Of a stretch of 64,000 nt of DNA, positions 13,181 to 24,361 are shown piece by piece. The notes under the pieces are model-generated. The model had not been told where the DNA came from. It saw only the letters and a list, made by a program, of their open reading frames with translations, and did no database searches. Position 1 is the first letter of the stretch, and every line of letters starts with the position of its first letter. Source of the DNA: Octopus vulgaris. Its lineage: Eukaryota. Both the position numbers and the translations under genes were made by a program. The stretch lies in the NCBI GenBank assembly GCA_951406725.2, contig OX597823.1, positions 9,114,001 through 9,178,000 on the forward strand, written 5' to 3'.

Positions 13181-13826
13181 TGTGTATGTGTGTGTATGTG
13201 TGTGTATGTGTATGGGTGTATGTGTATGTATGTGTATTTGCGTATATGTATGTCTGTGTGTCTGTACATACATAGTTTATTTAAGCTGATCCAGTGACTT
13301 TGTTACTCTGGAGTTCCATAGGTATGCAGCTGCATCTTCAGACATGTCTGAGTGGGAGAAAAGTCACATTACACCGAAAATGGAAGCAGTGCCGAAGGGG
13401 AAAAAGTTCCTATTGAGAATGCAAAGTAGCAACAGTGAACGTAGTAGTTGTTCAATTGATGAAAATTGTAGTGGTGATAGTAGGCCATAATAAAAGCAGT
13501 AATAGCAACAAGCAACAAGCAACGAGCTCCTTTTGTTATCCAGAAAATTGCCTTGAGCTTAGCCTCCGTATATCGGTAGATAACAACAACAAAATTCACT
13601 TCACCCGTCAAAATCAAGATCAAGATACCCGATACATTATCACTTGTTATTGCTGGTATCTAATATTGTAGATGACAGCATTAACAACGTCTATGACGAT
13701 AATAATAAATACAGAGACAAAAGCTCACAAGAATTATTAAATAAAAATCCGTACGCTGCTATCATACAACACACATTGCTGTCGTTGGTGTAATTATTGT
13801 TTGTTGAAATATTTACTTTGCTCTAA

Positions 13827-14201
13827 GTGGAGGCGCAATGGCCCAGTGGTTAGGGCAGCGGACTCGCGGTCATAGGATCGTGGTTTCGATTCCCAGACCG
13901 GGCGTTGTGAGTGTTTATTGAGCGAAAACACCTAAAGCTCCACGAGGCTCCGGCAGGGGATGGTGGTGATCCCTGCTGTACTCTTTCACCACAACTTTCT
14001 CTCACTCTTACTCCCTGTTTCTGTTGTACCTGTATTTCAAAGGGCCTGCCTTGTCACTCTGAATTCCCCGAGAACTACGTTAAGGGTACACGTGTCTGTG
14101 GAATGCTCAGCTACTTACACGCTAATTTCACGAGCAGGCTGTTCCGTTGATTTGGATCAACCGGAACCCTCGTCGTCGTAACCGACGGAGTGCTTCCACA
14201 T
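13827..14201 (+). mobile_element. tRNA-derived SINE: head 1 + tail X
   Basis: A box TGGCCCAGTGG, B box GTTTCGATTCC; 10-bp TSD tttgctctaa (13817-13826 / 14202-14211). Confidence 0.92.
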
Positions 14202-14848
14202 TTTGCTCTAAACCGGCGAGATGGCAGAATCCGCTACCACGTTAGACAAGATGTTTAGTTGCACTTCTTACGGCGCTTTACGTTCTGAATTCATTTTCCC
14301 CACCAGAAATTAGTAACAAGTTGAGCATTGAGGTGAATCTCATCAACTTTTATAGTTTTTTAACAGGGATATTTTTTATTGTGACCTCGGAGTTTCGGCC
14401 AAACTGTTGGAAAAATAAATTGGACATCATTTCCTTTACATAACAGTTTTGCACATAGCTTTCTACTGGATATTTTATTACTACTTATACACACTCTTAT
14501 ATCATAGAAAAATTGCCAAACCATTTGGCAAAGAGAAATACTTCTTTAGTATTCTGTGAATTTCTTAATTAGATTAATTAATTTCTTAATTTCATGTGTA
14601 GCATATTTCAGCTATCAATTTTAATTTATTTTATTTCTGCGCCGTCTTTATCTATACATATTTTATTGTATTAATGTTTAATCTTATTTTACCGTATATT
14701 ATTTACCTAATAATTTATTTAATCATAAAATAATTTATGCACAATTCAGTTACATTTTACGCCATAATGTCATTCCTATATTTATCTTCATTATCATATT
14801 ATATATCTTTACACGTTGCGTCTCTGTGTACGTGAACACATAAGTATA

Positions 14849-15110
14849 AAATAAAATAAAAATACGCCCTTTTAAAGCCTAGCCAGGCTCATGGGGCCGG
14901 TTTCCCAGTTTCAATGGCCTATGTGTTCCCCAGCTGGACGAGACGCCAGTCCATCGCAGCCTTACTCATTTTTGCCAGCTGAGTGGACTGGAGCAACGTG
15001 AAATGAAGTGCTTTGCTCAAGAACACAACGCGTCGCCCGGTCCAGGAATCGAAACCACAATCTTACCATCATGATGCTGACACCCTAACTACTAAGCCAC
15101 GCGCCTCCAC
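14849..15110 (-). mobile_element. tRNA-derived SINE: head 2 + tail Z
   Basis: A/B boxes on the minus strand, central cttgagcaaagcac...ccagtccactcagctg, gcgatggactggcg motif, (TTTTA)n end. Confidence 0.85.
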
Positions 15111-15191
15111 GCATTTAAGTATACGCATAATTAGTTTACATGCATACTATGTGTGTATAGATATATATTTTTATATATGGAAATATAAATG

Positions 15192-15235
<44 letters not shown>

Positions 15236-15618
15236 TCAAGTAAATCTAAATAAATATTTATGGGTAGTTGTACGGTCACTCATACATACCTGATAATATG
15301 TGCATATGCAAGTCCATGTAGCAGTTTATGAGGGATAATTTATGTATGTTTATATGCATGCATGTAAGGACACATACATGTATATACATATGTATACATC
15401 TATATGTTTCTATATGTTGATGCACGTATATAGGTGTGTGTACGTGTGGTTGCAATTGTGTATATACATACATGCATACATACATACATACATAGGTGCA
15501 TACCTACCTACATACATATATGCATACATGCATACATACATACATACATACATACGTGCATACCAACCTACATACATATATGCATACATGCATACATACA
15601 TACATAAATACATATATA

Positions 15619-15939
15619 GGAGCACTCCGTCGGTAACGACGACGCGGGTCCCAGCTGATACGATCAACGGATGAGCCTGCTCATTAAATTAACGTGCAAG
15701 TGACTGAGCAATCCACAGACACGTGTACCCCTAACGTAGTTCTCAGGGAGATTCAGCGTAACACAGAGTGTGACAAGGCCGGTCCTTTGAAATACAGGTA
15801 CAACTCATTTTTACCAGCTGAGTGGACTGGAGCAACGTGAAATAAAGTGTCTTGCTCAAGGACACAACGCGTCGCCGGGAATCGAACTCACGACCTTACA
15901 ATCGTGAGCCGAATGCCCTAACCACTAAGCCACGCCTTC
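15619..15939 (-). mobile_element. tRNA-derived SINE: head 2 + tail X
   Basis: 5' half matches the 14849 element; 3' half matches the 13827 element from tgtacctgtatttcaaagg onward. Confidence 0.88.
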
Positions 15940-16009
15940 ACATATATACATACATAAATACACACTCACACACACACGCGCACATATGTGCATATAAGAT
16001 AAAATATAA

Positions 16010-16376
16010 TTAATGGTCATTATATATTTTTCCTTTTTTGGAATGAATTTGTTTTACATCTGTTTTCAATAGTCAATATTGGTTCGTTACTGATAGGTTT
16101 ACTTAATTAGTCGAGTGATCAGCTTAGAAGAGTTGAACGACCTAAAAAAATTAACGCTACTTTCATCAGAGACATTACTTACGACCAAAATGTTATTCCT
16201 GGCTGTCAGAAATGGCTCTGATGAAAGAAGCGTTAATTTTCGAGGTTGTTCAACTTTTTGCAACTATTCAGGTGACCAACTAAGTTGACCTATGAGTAAC
16301 TAACCTATGATGACTATTGAAAACAGATTAAGCCAAATTTACTCTAATACACAAAAGTATATAAGGACCATTATTT
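16010..16376. mobile_element. Old ~370-bp degenerate palindrome
   Basis: atctgttttcaatagtca/tgactattgaaaacagat, aattaacgct/agcgttaatt and tttcatcagag/ctctgatgaaa are symmetric about ~16195. Confidence 0.7.
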
Positions 16377-16411
16377 ATAGCTTGTCTTGTATATTACTCT
16401 GTGAAAATAAC

Positions 16412-16816
16412 ATTATTATTACTATTATTATTATTATTATTCAGTAGTTTTATTTTTATAGCGTGCTTTCACTTCACTACCGAGCACAGCTCTGTGTGCC
16501 TTGGGTATGTGCTGTGATTTGTTGTGATGCTCTGATGGTTATTGTATGGAAAGTGTTCTGCGTAGGATGTGTGCAGTGCCTAGTAGTGCAATTTTCTGTA
16601 TGTTATATGTGTTTGTAAGTCCTGGTGTTTTTGTTATGTATTTGTCTGAATATTTTTTATCATGCCTAATGCACCTACTATAATAGGAATTGTTTCTGTT
16701 TTCAGATTCCACATTCTAGTTACCTCTATTTCCAGGTCTTTGTATTTTGAGAGTTTCTCCATTTCTTTTAGAGACACGTTGTCATCAGCCGGTATTGATA
16801 CATCAATTAGAAAGCT
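16412..16816 (-). pseudogene. R4/Dong-like RLE LINE 3' fragment with 3' UTR and (TAA)n tail
   Basis: LIDVSIPADDNVSLKEMEKLSKYKDL...IPIIVGALG, then IQKIALLGTAHILR after a frameshift; ends ...aataaaactactga(ata)n. Confidence 0.88.
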
Positions 16817-16817
16817 T

Positions 16818-17045
16818 TGAATCGAACTCGGAATCTTGGGGTTAGTAGCCCGCATTCTTAACCACTACGCCATATGCCCACGGGCATAGGGCGTAGTGGT
16901 TAATTTCGAACCCAGGTTCGAAATGTCCCCAAGTTACCTGAAGAGCGCTGAAGTTTATATCAGCCGAAACGATGTGTTAACAATAAACAAGATGAGGACA
17001 AATATCCGTCGAATGTAAATAATGTACATAATTCCTCATCTTTTA
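16818..17045. mobile_element. Composite: tRNA-like head (minus) folded back on itself + decayed hammerhead + AATAAA (plus)
   Basis: Minus strand GGGCATATGGCGTAGTGG...GAGTTCGATTC; 22-bp inverted arms 16858-16903; CTGAAGA(16938)...gctga/tcagc...GAAAC. Confidence 0.65.
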
Positions 17046-17123
17046 AGTATACAATTGTACGAATAAATATTGTTCACCTGGTGTATTTTGCCCGGATTGA
17101 CAATCCCTCTCTAATAACTCTGT

Positions 17124-17193
<70 letters not shown>

Positions 17194-17199
17194 CATATA

Positions 17200-17665
17200 T
17201 TGATAAAATGGTAAGACAACAAAAGAATGAAAGCGACCTCGATATTATGTAAATAGAGGAAATCATCTGTAAATGTAATATGTGACAATTATTCGGTAGT
17301 CATGATAAATAAACTCCGAGTTTCGGATGCCGAGGTGGAAATTCACGCTGCCATCTCTTTAGTTATCCGGCTACCGGAAAAATAATATGAAATATGACCG
17401 TTATACAAAGGGAAATTCCTGTGTGATTAACCGCTATTAAGACAAAAGCGCTATTTGAATGACCGCTCACTTACTGGTCATTCAAATAGCTCTTTTTTCT
17501 TAACAAAGCCAATCACACAGTAATTTGCCTTTGTATAACGGTCTTTTTACATAGTATTTTTTCCAATGGCCGGATAACTGAAGAGATGGCGGCGTGGATT
17601 TCCACCTCAGCATCCAAAACTCTGTGTTTTATCATGGCTACAGAATAATTGTCACATATTACATT

Positions 17666-17669
<4 letters not shown>
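17200..17669. mobile_element. Penelope-type foldback, family G: ~195-bp arms (17268-17669), 11-nt spacer, ~68-nt tail
   Basis: Arms are diverged reverse complements; each has a hammerhead-like gataa-CTGAAGA...catcc-GAAACTC.GAGT-T-ttatc with different lesions. Confidence 0.8.
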
Positions 17670-17706
<37 letters not shown>

Positions 17707-17787
17707 GTGTGTGTGTGTATACACACGCATATATATGCATGTGTGTGTGTGCGCGCGGTTATGTGCAGTGAACCGGCGAACATGCAA

Positions 17788-18009
17788 GCTGGCAGAAACG
17801 TTAGCACGCCGGGCGAAATGCTTAGCGGTATTTCGTTGGCGTTACGTTGTGAGTTCAAATTCCGCCGAGGTCGACTTTGCCTTTCATCCTTTCGGGGTCG
17901 ATAAATTAAGTACCAGTTACGCACTGGGGTCGATGTAATCGACTTACTACCTATGTCTGTCCTTGTTTGTCCCCTCTGTGTTTAGCCCTTTGTGGGTAAT
18001 AAAGAAATA
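17788..18009 (+). mobile_element. SINE family E (Nin-domain-like core)
   Basis: gctggcagaa head, gagttcaaattcc B box, core gcctttcatcctttcggggtcgataaattaagtaccag. Confidence 0.85.
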
Positions 18010-18824
18010 TATATATTGAATATGTGGTGCCGGTAGCGTTTACAACACTACCGCTGCTTTTAGTTTATAACTGAATTTAATCTTACGCATGCATCGTCGT
18101 AGTATACCAGCAAGTAGGTTTTACACACTTTATGTACTATGGTAGACTGGTGACTATATATATATATAGTGTGTGTGAGTGTGTATGTGTATGTGTACGT
18201 GTGTTCATTTATGAATATATATATGAATACACATATGTAATAATTTGTAAATATGAAGGAAACCGAAAAACATTGATAGCAGCGATACACCTAAACGCAC
18301 AAATATTTCGATATATATTTATAAATATCAAAACTGCAACCTATTAAGATACCGAAGCTCTCTTTTAATAACGTGATTACTATTTCCGGAGGAATTGGAC
18401 GAAAACCGATGTTGTTCTGATTCTCGATAATTGATTCACAGAAAAGTGAATGTCAACCAACTCACTGATGCTAAAAGCTATTACAAGAATCCGGACTTAA
18501 TGAGACGTACATTGAAAACGTTGCCAGAATGAAACCTCTAGTTTTAAAAATACGTGAGCGTGAAATCTATTTACAGAGATCTAAACATACTCTGTTCAGT
18601 AATGTAACAACTAACAATTATTAATTGGTACCAGTCCGAGTAGTGAAATCAATATGAATGGTATAATAATAATAATAATATTTAAACTTATATTTTTCTT
18701 TGCCACAAGGGTGACAGATGTGCGAATATCGAAATCATTTAATCCCGGTGTTACGTGAACATCGCACCACTCGAAACTTTTGGGGAATAGCTAAAAAGCC
18801 TGACTATATCTATTCGAGATCGGA

Positions 18825-19700
18825 TCACCTCCGCCCTCTGTTCTCTGTTAGAATCAGTGTCGTGTCTGCGGCGAAACGACTCTTCTTTGTCACATAATTC
18901 CATCGATCAACTTCAGTACCGTCATACCTTAGTGCATGTGTCTTAGTACAGAAAATGCAGGCCTCATGTTTCACCTCGAAGTTACCATCGAGTGTGATTC
19001 TTGCAGTAATCATTTCATGCTCCAAGTCTTTCCTGGAAAACAGTTTATGATTAACTGTTACATTCTTCTTCAGTGTAAGTCTTTTAAGAATACTGAAAGT
19101 GTCCACAGATTTACATTTTGAATCACATCGACCATCTCCTTTTTCTGATTGTTCTCATTAATCCCTAATTTTATAACTGGCTTCTCAATGCGTTTATTCG
19201 CAATCTCTTTGTCTCCTGTCACTGTTAGTCATGTAATCCATAGCTTGTAGTCTGGGAAACCAATTACATAATAACAGGGTCAGCTTAGGCTTTCCCTGTT
19301 TACTACTTTAATATATACTGTTGGTACTATCTGAATGATCCACAGTGTCCCTCACTGACTCCTTATTAGATGAGAAAGCGGTTCTAATACTCAGTGCTCC
19401 ACCTACGTGGTCACGAGTGCTATCGATGTGATACTTTGTTTTTTTTTTTGGTCGTCCTTGGAAAAGATTCTGATGGCACTACAGTAGCAACTACCATTTC
19501 TTGCATCTCCAAGGTGTACAAATAAAAGAATAAGCTGTTGCAATTGCATTTGTTGTTGTCTTGTAATCTTCACAATATTTTCTGAGCAGAAAGTCTTTAT
19601 ACATATCAATGCTTAACGCTCCTACTTCGCAATTTACTTACGTTGAGCCACTGCATAGAATTATAAGCATCGTACGGTGACTGAAATAGTAGAAGAGAAT
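18825..19700 (-). pseudogene. Possible BEL/Pao LTR-retrotransposon gag fossil
   Basis: CIFCTKTHAL...DRWNYVTKK resembles the BEL gag zinc-knuckle region; heavily decayed, boundaries approximate. Confidence 0.35.
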
Positions 19701-20639
19701 GACTCTCTTTCATCAGTTCGCAGTGCCCTCTGCCTAGTGTCTGTGACTGAAGAGGAGACAAACTACTCTGAAATGTTGCATCTCACAATCTGGAAAGGGG
19801 GCGCTACGGACTGATCTATGTTTATTTGCACTATTGTCAAAACTGAGAAATTTTCTCTACGACAAAACACAGTGAGTGGTGTGTTTATTAGTCCAACGTT
19901 ACAGAAAGAATGTTTCATATACACAGTGCACCCATCAGGTTGAAGACCATGTTGATATTTATACATGTGGTAGTTATGTCATGGATAATAGTGTGGCAGT
20001 CCGGCAAAACCTTTACAACGCATGAATATTGCTTATCAAATCTTGTTTTCCGTTCCACTATTTTCTGTGACGTGCAAAGCGAAGAGGAGCAAATTTTACT
20101 ATTTTGAAGTACAACAGTAACCGTTTTTCTATAAATACAATTAGTAAAGAGCAATTGGCAACTCATTAGCATTACTGCTACTTTACTCGGTAAACATTAA
20201 TTTGCTTGTTTGGAATGATTGGAAGCGGGTGCTGTTTATATTATAAGGTTTAAAATGTTTCTCTAGCGTTATGGTGCGCTATCTTGTTAAGGCGGCAAAA
20301 TTGACCAGTCTGTACCTGTGAAAGTTGATGCAATTCAACGTCCAACTGGAAATAGAAAGGAAGCGCGACTTAATTTAACTGAAGTCACAAACTAATGTCT
20401 GGGTCAGCGACGAAATTCAAGCCGTGATAATTCAAATATTCATCGATAGTAGGCTGATACTATAGTGGGAATGTAATCGAATCAAATTAGCACTTGGAAG
20501 TTAATTACTCTTAAGTGATATTTTGTGGAAGCATAATATAGATTGCGGTCATGTATTTGTGGAATTACTGCTCGGAGGCACTGAAAGGTGTTAGTAAAAA
20601 AAAAAAGGATGTGATGATTAAAGAAATGTTTAAGAAGCG

Positions 20640-21330
20640 CTAGACAAAGTCTCGGGAGTTGCGAATAGAATGTGTAGTGGTATTTGCCCCGATTTTCTGC
20701 GCACTGGTGGTTAAAAACTTGTTGGAGCCAACACTGCTATCAGGCCGAGAAAATACAATCCAAGTATAGAGATCGATTTGATTTCTCCTTCTATCTGCTC
20801 TGGAAGGAAACCGAGAAATGCGGAGGAGTTCCATCGGAGTTTATCACACAGTCTTTCTCCATCATTGTGTGTGTGGATGCGACAGAAAAGAAACGCGGTA
20901 TGTTGATGCTTTGGTGTGAGATGATTTGATTATCATGTGAATTTATGATGTGTTGCCATCATCATTTTATATCATAATTTGCGTTTATGTGCTGAGTAAG
21001 GACGATGAATCATTGCCCATCTACGTACTTTATCGGTCCTCCAAAAACGGTGAACAGTTGCAGATAAACAACTGTATGGAAGATACGAGCAGTGATGAAA
21101 TGCGACGTGTTGGTATGTTCTGGGAAGAAAGACATGGGGATAATGGTGAAGAAGTTGATCATATCGAGAGTGGCAAGAAGTGAAAAGATCTGTCGTTCGT
21201 AGATGCCTGAATACTGGAGATACGAGACCAACGCACCGAGAAATATACTGTGCGATTAAGAAGTTTGGTTTGATTTTAAAATCAATTGATAGGAAAATCA
21301 CGTGATGGGGCTGAGATATGTGTTCGTATA
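20640..21330 (+). pseudogene. Possible BEL/Pao integrase C-terminus followed by a PPT-like tract
   Basis: Ends ...EIYCAIKKFGLILKS (like RPI.KL..L), then purine-rich ggggctgagataTGT; weak. Confidence 0.3.
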
Positions 21331-21828
21331 TTAATGTTCTGCAGGCTGCTATTTTGTTTTTAATGCCTTGCATTTCAAATTGAATAGCCAGCTGCCCCTA
21401 CTGTAATCCGTGTCTTGGTTTTACACTTTTATATGTAATAAGAAGGCGCAAACTTAGTTTAGCCACACCATTTTCATTGGGTGAAATCTAGAGTCAAGTG
21501 TTGATGTTACAAAATAGAGTCCTGTGTAATGTAGTTTCATATATAGTTAAAGTCATTTCTCGGGTCTTGAGTGGTGTTGTAACTAACTGATTATTACTCG
21601 GGTTGATCTATGATAAATCAGGTTCCATACCTCCTAAATGTGAACGTAGTACTTTTTTTCCATGAATAGCGTACACAGTTTCACATTATCCAATTTGTCC
21701 CGTTCTCAGAAGTGTCGCTTTAGTTGTAGCAGATGGACGCAGAGATACCCTCGTTGTTTTATAAAGTGTTGAGTTGTTTTTGTGCGGTGCTTCCTGCCGA
21801 TCATATTGCAATGTATTTTATGTAATAT

Positions 21829-22207
21829 TCTTTTACTTGTTTCAGTCATTTGACTGCGGCCATGCTGGAGCACCGCCTTTAGTCGAGCAAATCGACCCCG
21901 GGACTTATTCTTTGTAAGCCCAGTACTTATTCTATCGGTCTCTTTTGTTGAACCGATAAATTACGGAGACGTAAACACTCCGGCATCGGTTATCAAGCAA
22001 TGCTAGGGGGACAAACACAGACACACAAACATACACACACATACACATACATACATATACATATATACGACAGGCTTCTTTCAGTTTCCGCCCACCAAAT
22101 CCACTCACAAGGCATTGGTCGGCCCGGGGCTATAGCAGAAGACACTTGCCCAAGATGCCACGCAGTGGGACTGAACCCAGAACCATGTGGTTCGTTAGCA
22201 AGCTACT
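21829..22207 (-). mobile_element. SINE family B (young, slightly 5'-truncated)
   Basis: Near-identical to the reverse complement of 54631-55036. Confidence 0.92.
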
Positions 22208-23264
22208 TTATTTTATATAATTTGCCACTAGGGCAGCACACAGAGTAGCTGCGGGCTGGACAAGGACATTAATGGATGATGGTGGTGGTGGATGACGATG
22301 GTGATGCGAGAAGTCATAAAGCGCCCGCCGACTTTTGCTTCTCTAAAACAATGTTCTTTTTTTTCAATAATTTACAAAATTTCAAAAATTACAAAAAATT
22401 CAAAAAAATTTCACTCCTGCGCCTATATTAACTAATATAGTTAATATTTGGTTATGTAGTTTATTGTACAGTGTATAATTAGCTATTTGTTTAACGTGTG
22501 CATTGTCTAGTTTTAAGTTCATAAATTTCATTTGGAGTTTTTACTAACCTAACTAAGTTCCTGACGCTCGATTTCTGTTGAGTTGTTACATCAAAATTTG
22601 TTTCATGCTAAGTTCTTTGTAATCTGTGCATCTACAACATTATTCATGCTGTTAGTCCTGCGGCTGTCAATAAAACATCCCAAATTTCACAGCATCATGG
22701 TATACTATTCATCTTGAAACTTATTACAAACGAATTATGTCATGACTTCTGAGCTGTCTATATTTTCGCTTTATCTGTTTTTCCTCTGTAATTTTTTTTT
22801 ATAAAACCAATATGTGTTGAAACATACACTCTGAAAACAGATCGTTCCACTGATAGAATGCCTTCTTTTATTTGAAGCCTTTTATTTGTTCGGATAATAT
22901 TTCCGTATTCTTTCCAAGTATGTTTATTAATATAAAATTCTAGTAGTGAGTTAGATATGTCAATCAAAGCACTGATAAGATGATATAGATAATTCACTTT
23001 TGGTTACTGGACAATAGCAACAATACTATATATCAGGTCTGTCAAACATAACAGCGATCAGACGATAAATATTACACTTTGGGTAGTAAACAATGGCGGA
23101 CATTTACTTATGAAGGAAATGGTGGACATGGGAATGGTTCAACGGGCGAACATGTTTCGTGTTCAAATCCAATGCGTGACATTATATTTTACCAAAGTCA
23201 GATTGACCCACATCGTATGAGTAGAATTACATAGATGGACATTGTTTGGAAATCACTTGAATGC

Positions 23265-23345
<81 letters not shown>

Positions 23346-23848
23346 AATATATTATATATGTACGTATAGATATCTATACAATATCTATATACATAAAATA
23401 TATGTATATATACATACATACATATATATATAAACATACATACATATATATATATGTGTGCGTGTGTGTATGCGCTTGTGTACTGTGCGTGTGTGTTTAA
23501 GCAGCGAAATTGCAAAGATTGTGTAATAGATTGCCTTGCTGTTTCTGTAGCAGTTATCTGCACTCAGAGTGTAGATACTACTGAGTGTGTAAAGCTTACC
23601 GTTCATACTTTATGGTTATTAAAAACTACTAGTCCTTTAGACTGGGCTTCATTCTTCTTCGTCTCACTCTCTCTTTCTCTAATAATTAGCTACCGTTCCA
23701 ATCTGAAGAGTGATAGGTCATATGGCATGATAGCATCTCTGTGATACCTTCAGCAAAAGAAGTGATACAAGACAAGCCACAGACAATTCATATATATGTA
23801 TATATGTTCTCACAATGTAAATCTGCAAGACATTAGAAAACAGGTATA

Positions 23849-24361
23849 TCTATATATATAAAACTGTAGTTGTGTGAGTGTCTGTCTCCTACGATTTAGA
23901 TTCCTAACTCCTCCCACATTTTGCAGTGCAGTTTAACCAAAACCGGGTATCTTATAGTCGTGATTCATATCGAGCCCGTCTGGCTATTAGCGCGCGTCTA
24001 CGATGAGTCTACGATTTTAAAAATAATTTAACATCATTTTTTACTCCATTTTAATGCATAATTTTTCGTGTGTCGATGGCGGCGGAGTTGGCGTCCATGG
24101 TCACACCTGCACATGCTTGCTTCTCCCCCTTCTTCGCTCCCTCGTGAAGCTGTGGGGAAGGGAGTTTAAGGAAATCAACGTCGTAATGCGTTGTCAAGGA
24201 AACCAGCGTTCTTTTAGAACAACGACTTCATGGCTTGAAGACACCAAAACAGAAATGGCTAAGAAAGCCCGAATTGGCATCTATAAAGGAAGTAACTCTC
24301 TAAAAATGCTTATATAGTTATTTCCCTTACAAACCCGAGCAACGCCGGGCGATACTGCTAG
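23849..24361 (+). mobile_element. Non-autonomous Helitron, family A copy 3 with extra internal segment
   Basis: A|TC...cccgagcaacgccggg...CTAG|T; ~215 bp (24060-24274) absent from the other copies. Confidence 0.88.

Noticed and set aside
16819-16879. Functional tRNA gene
   Set aside because: The 3' acceptor strand is missing and it is embedded in a rearranged repeat; treated as a SINE-like head. The same applies to the other SINE heads.
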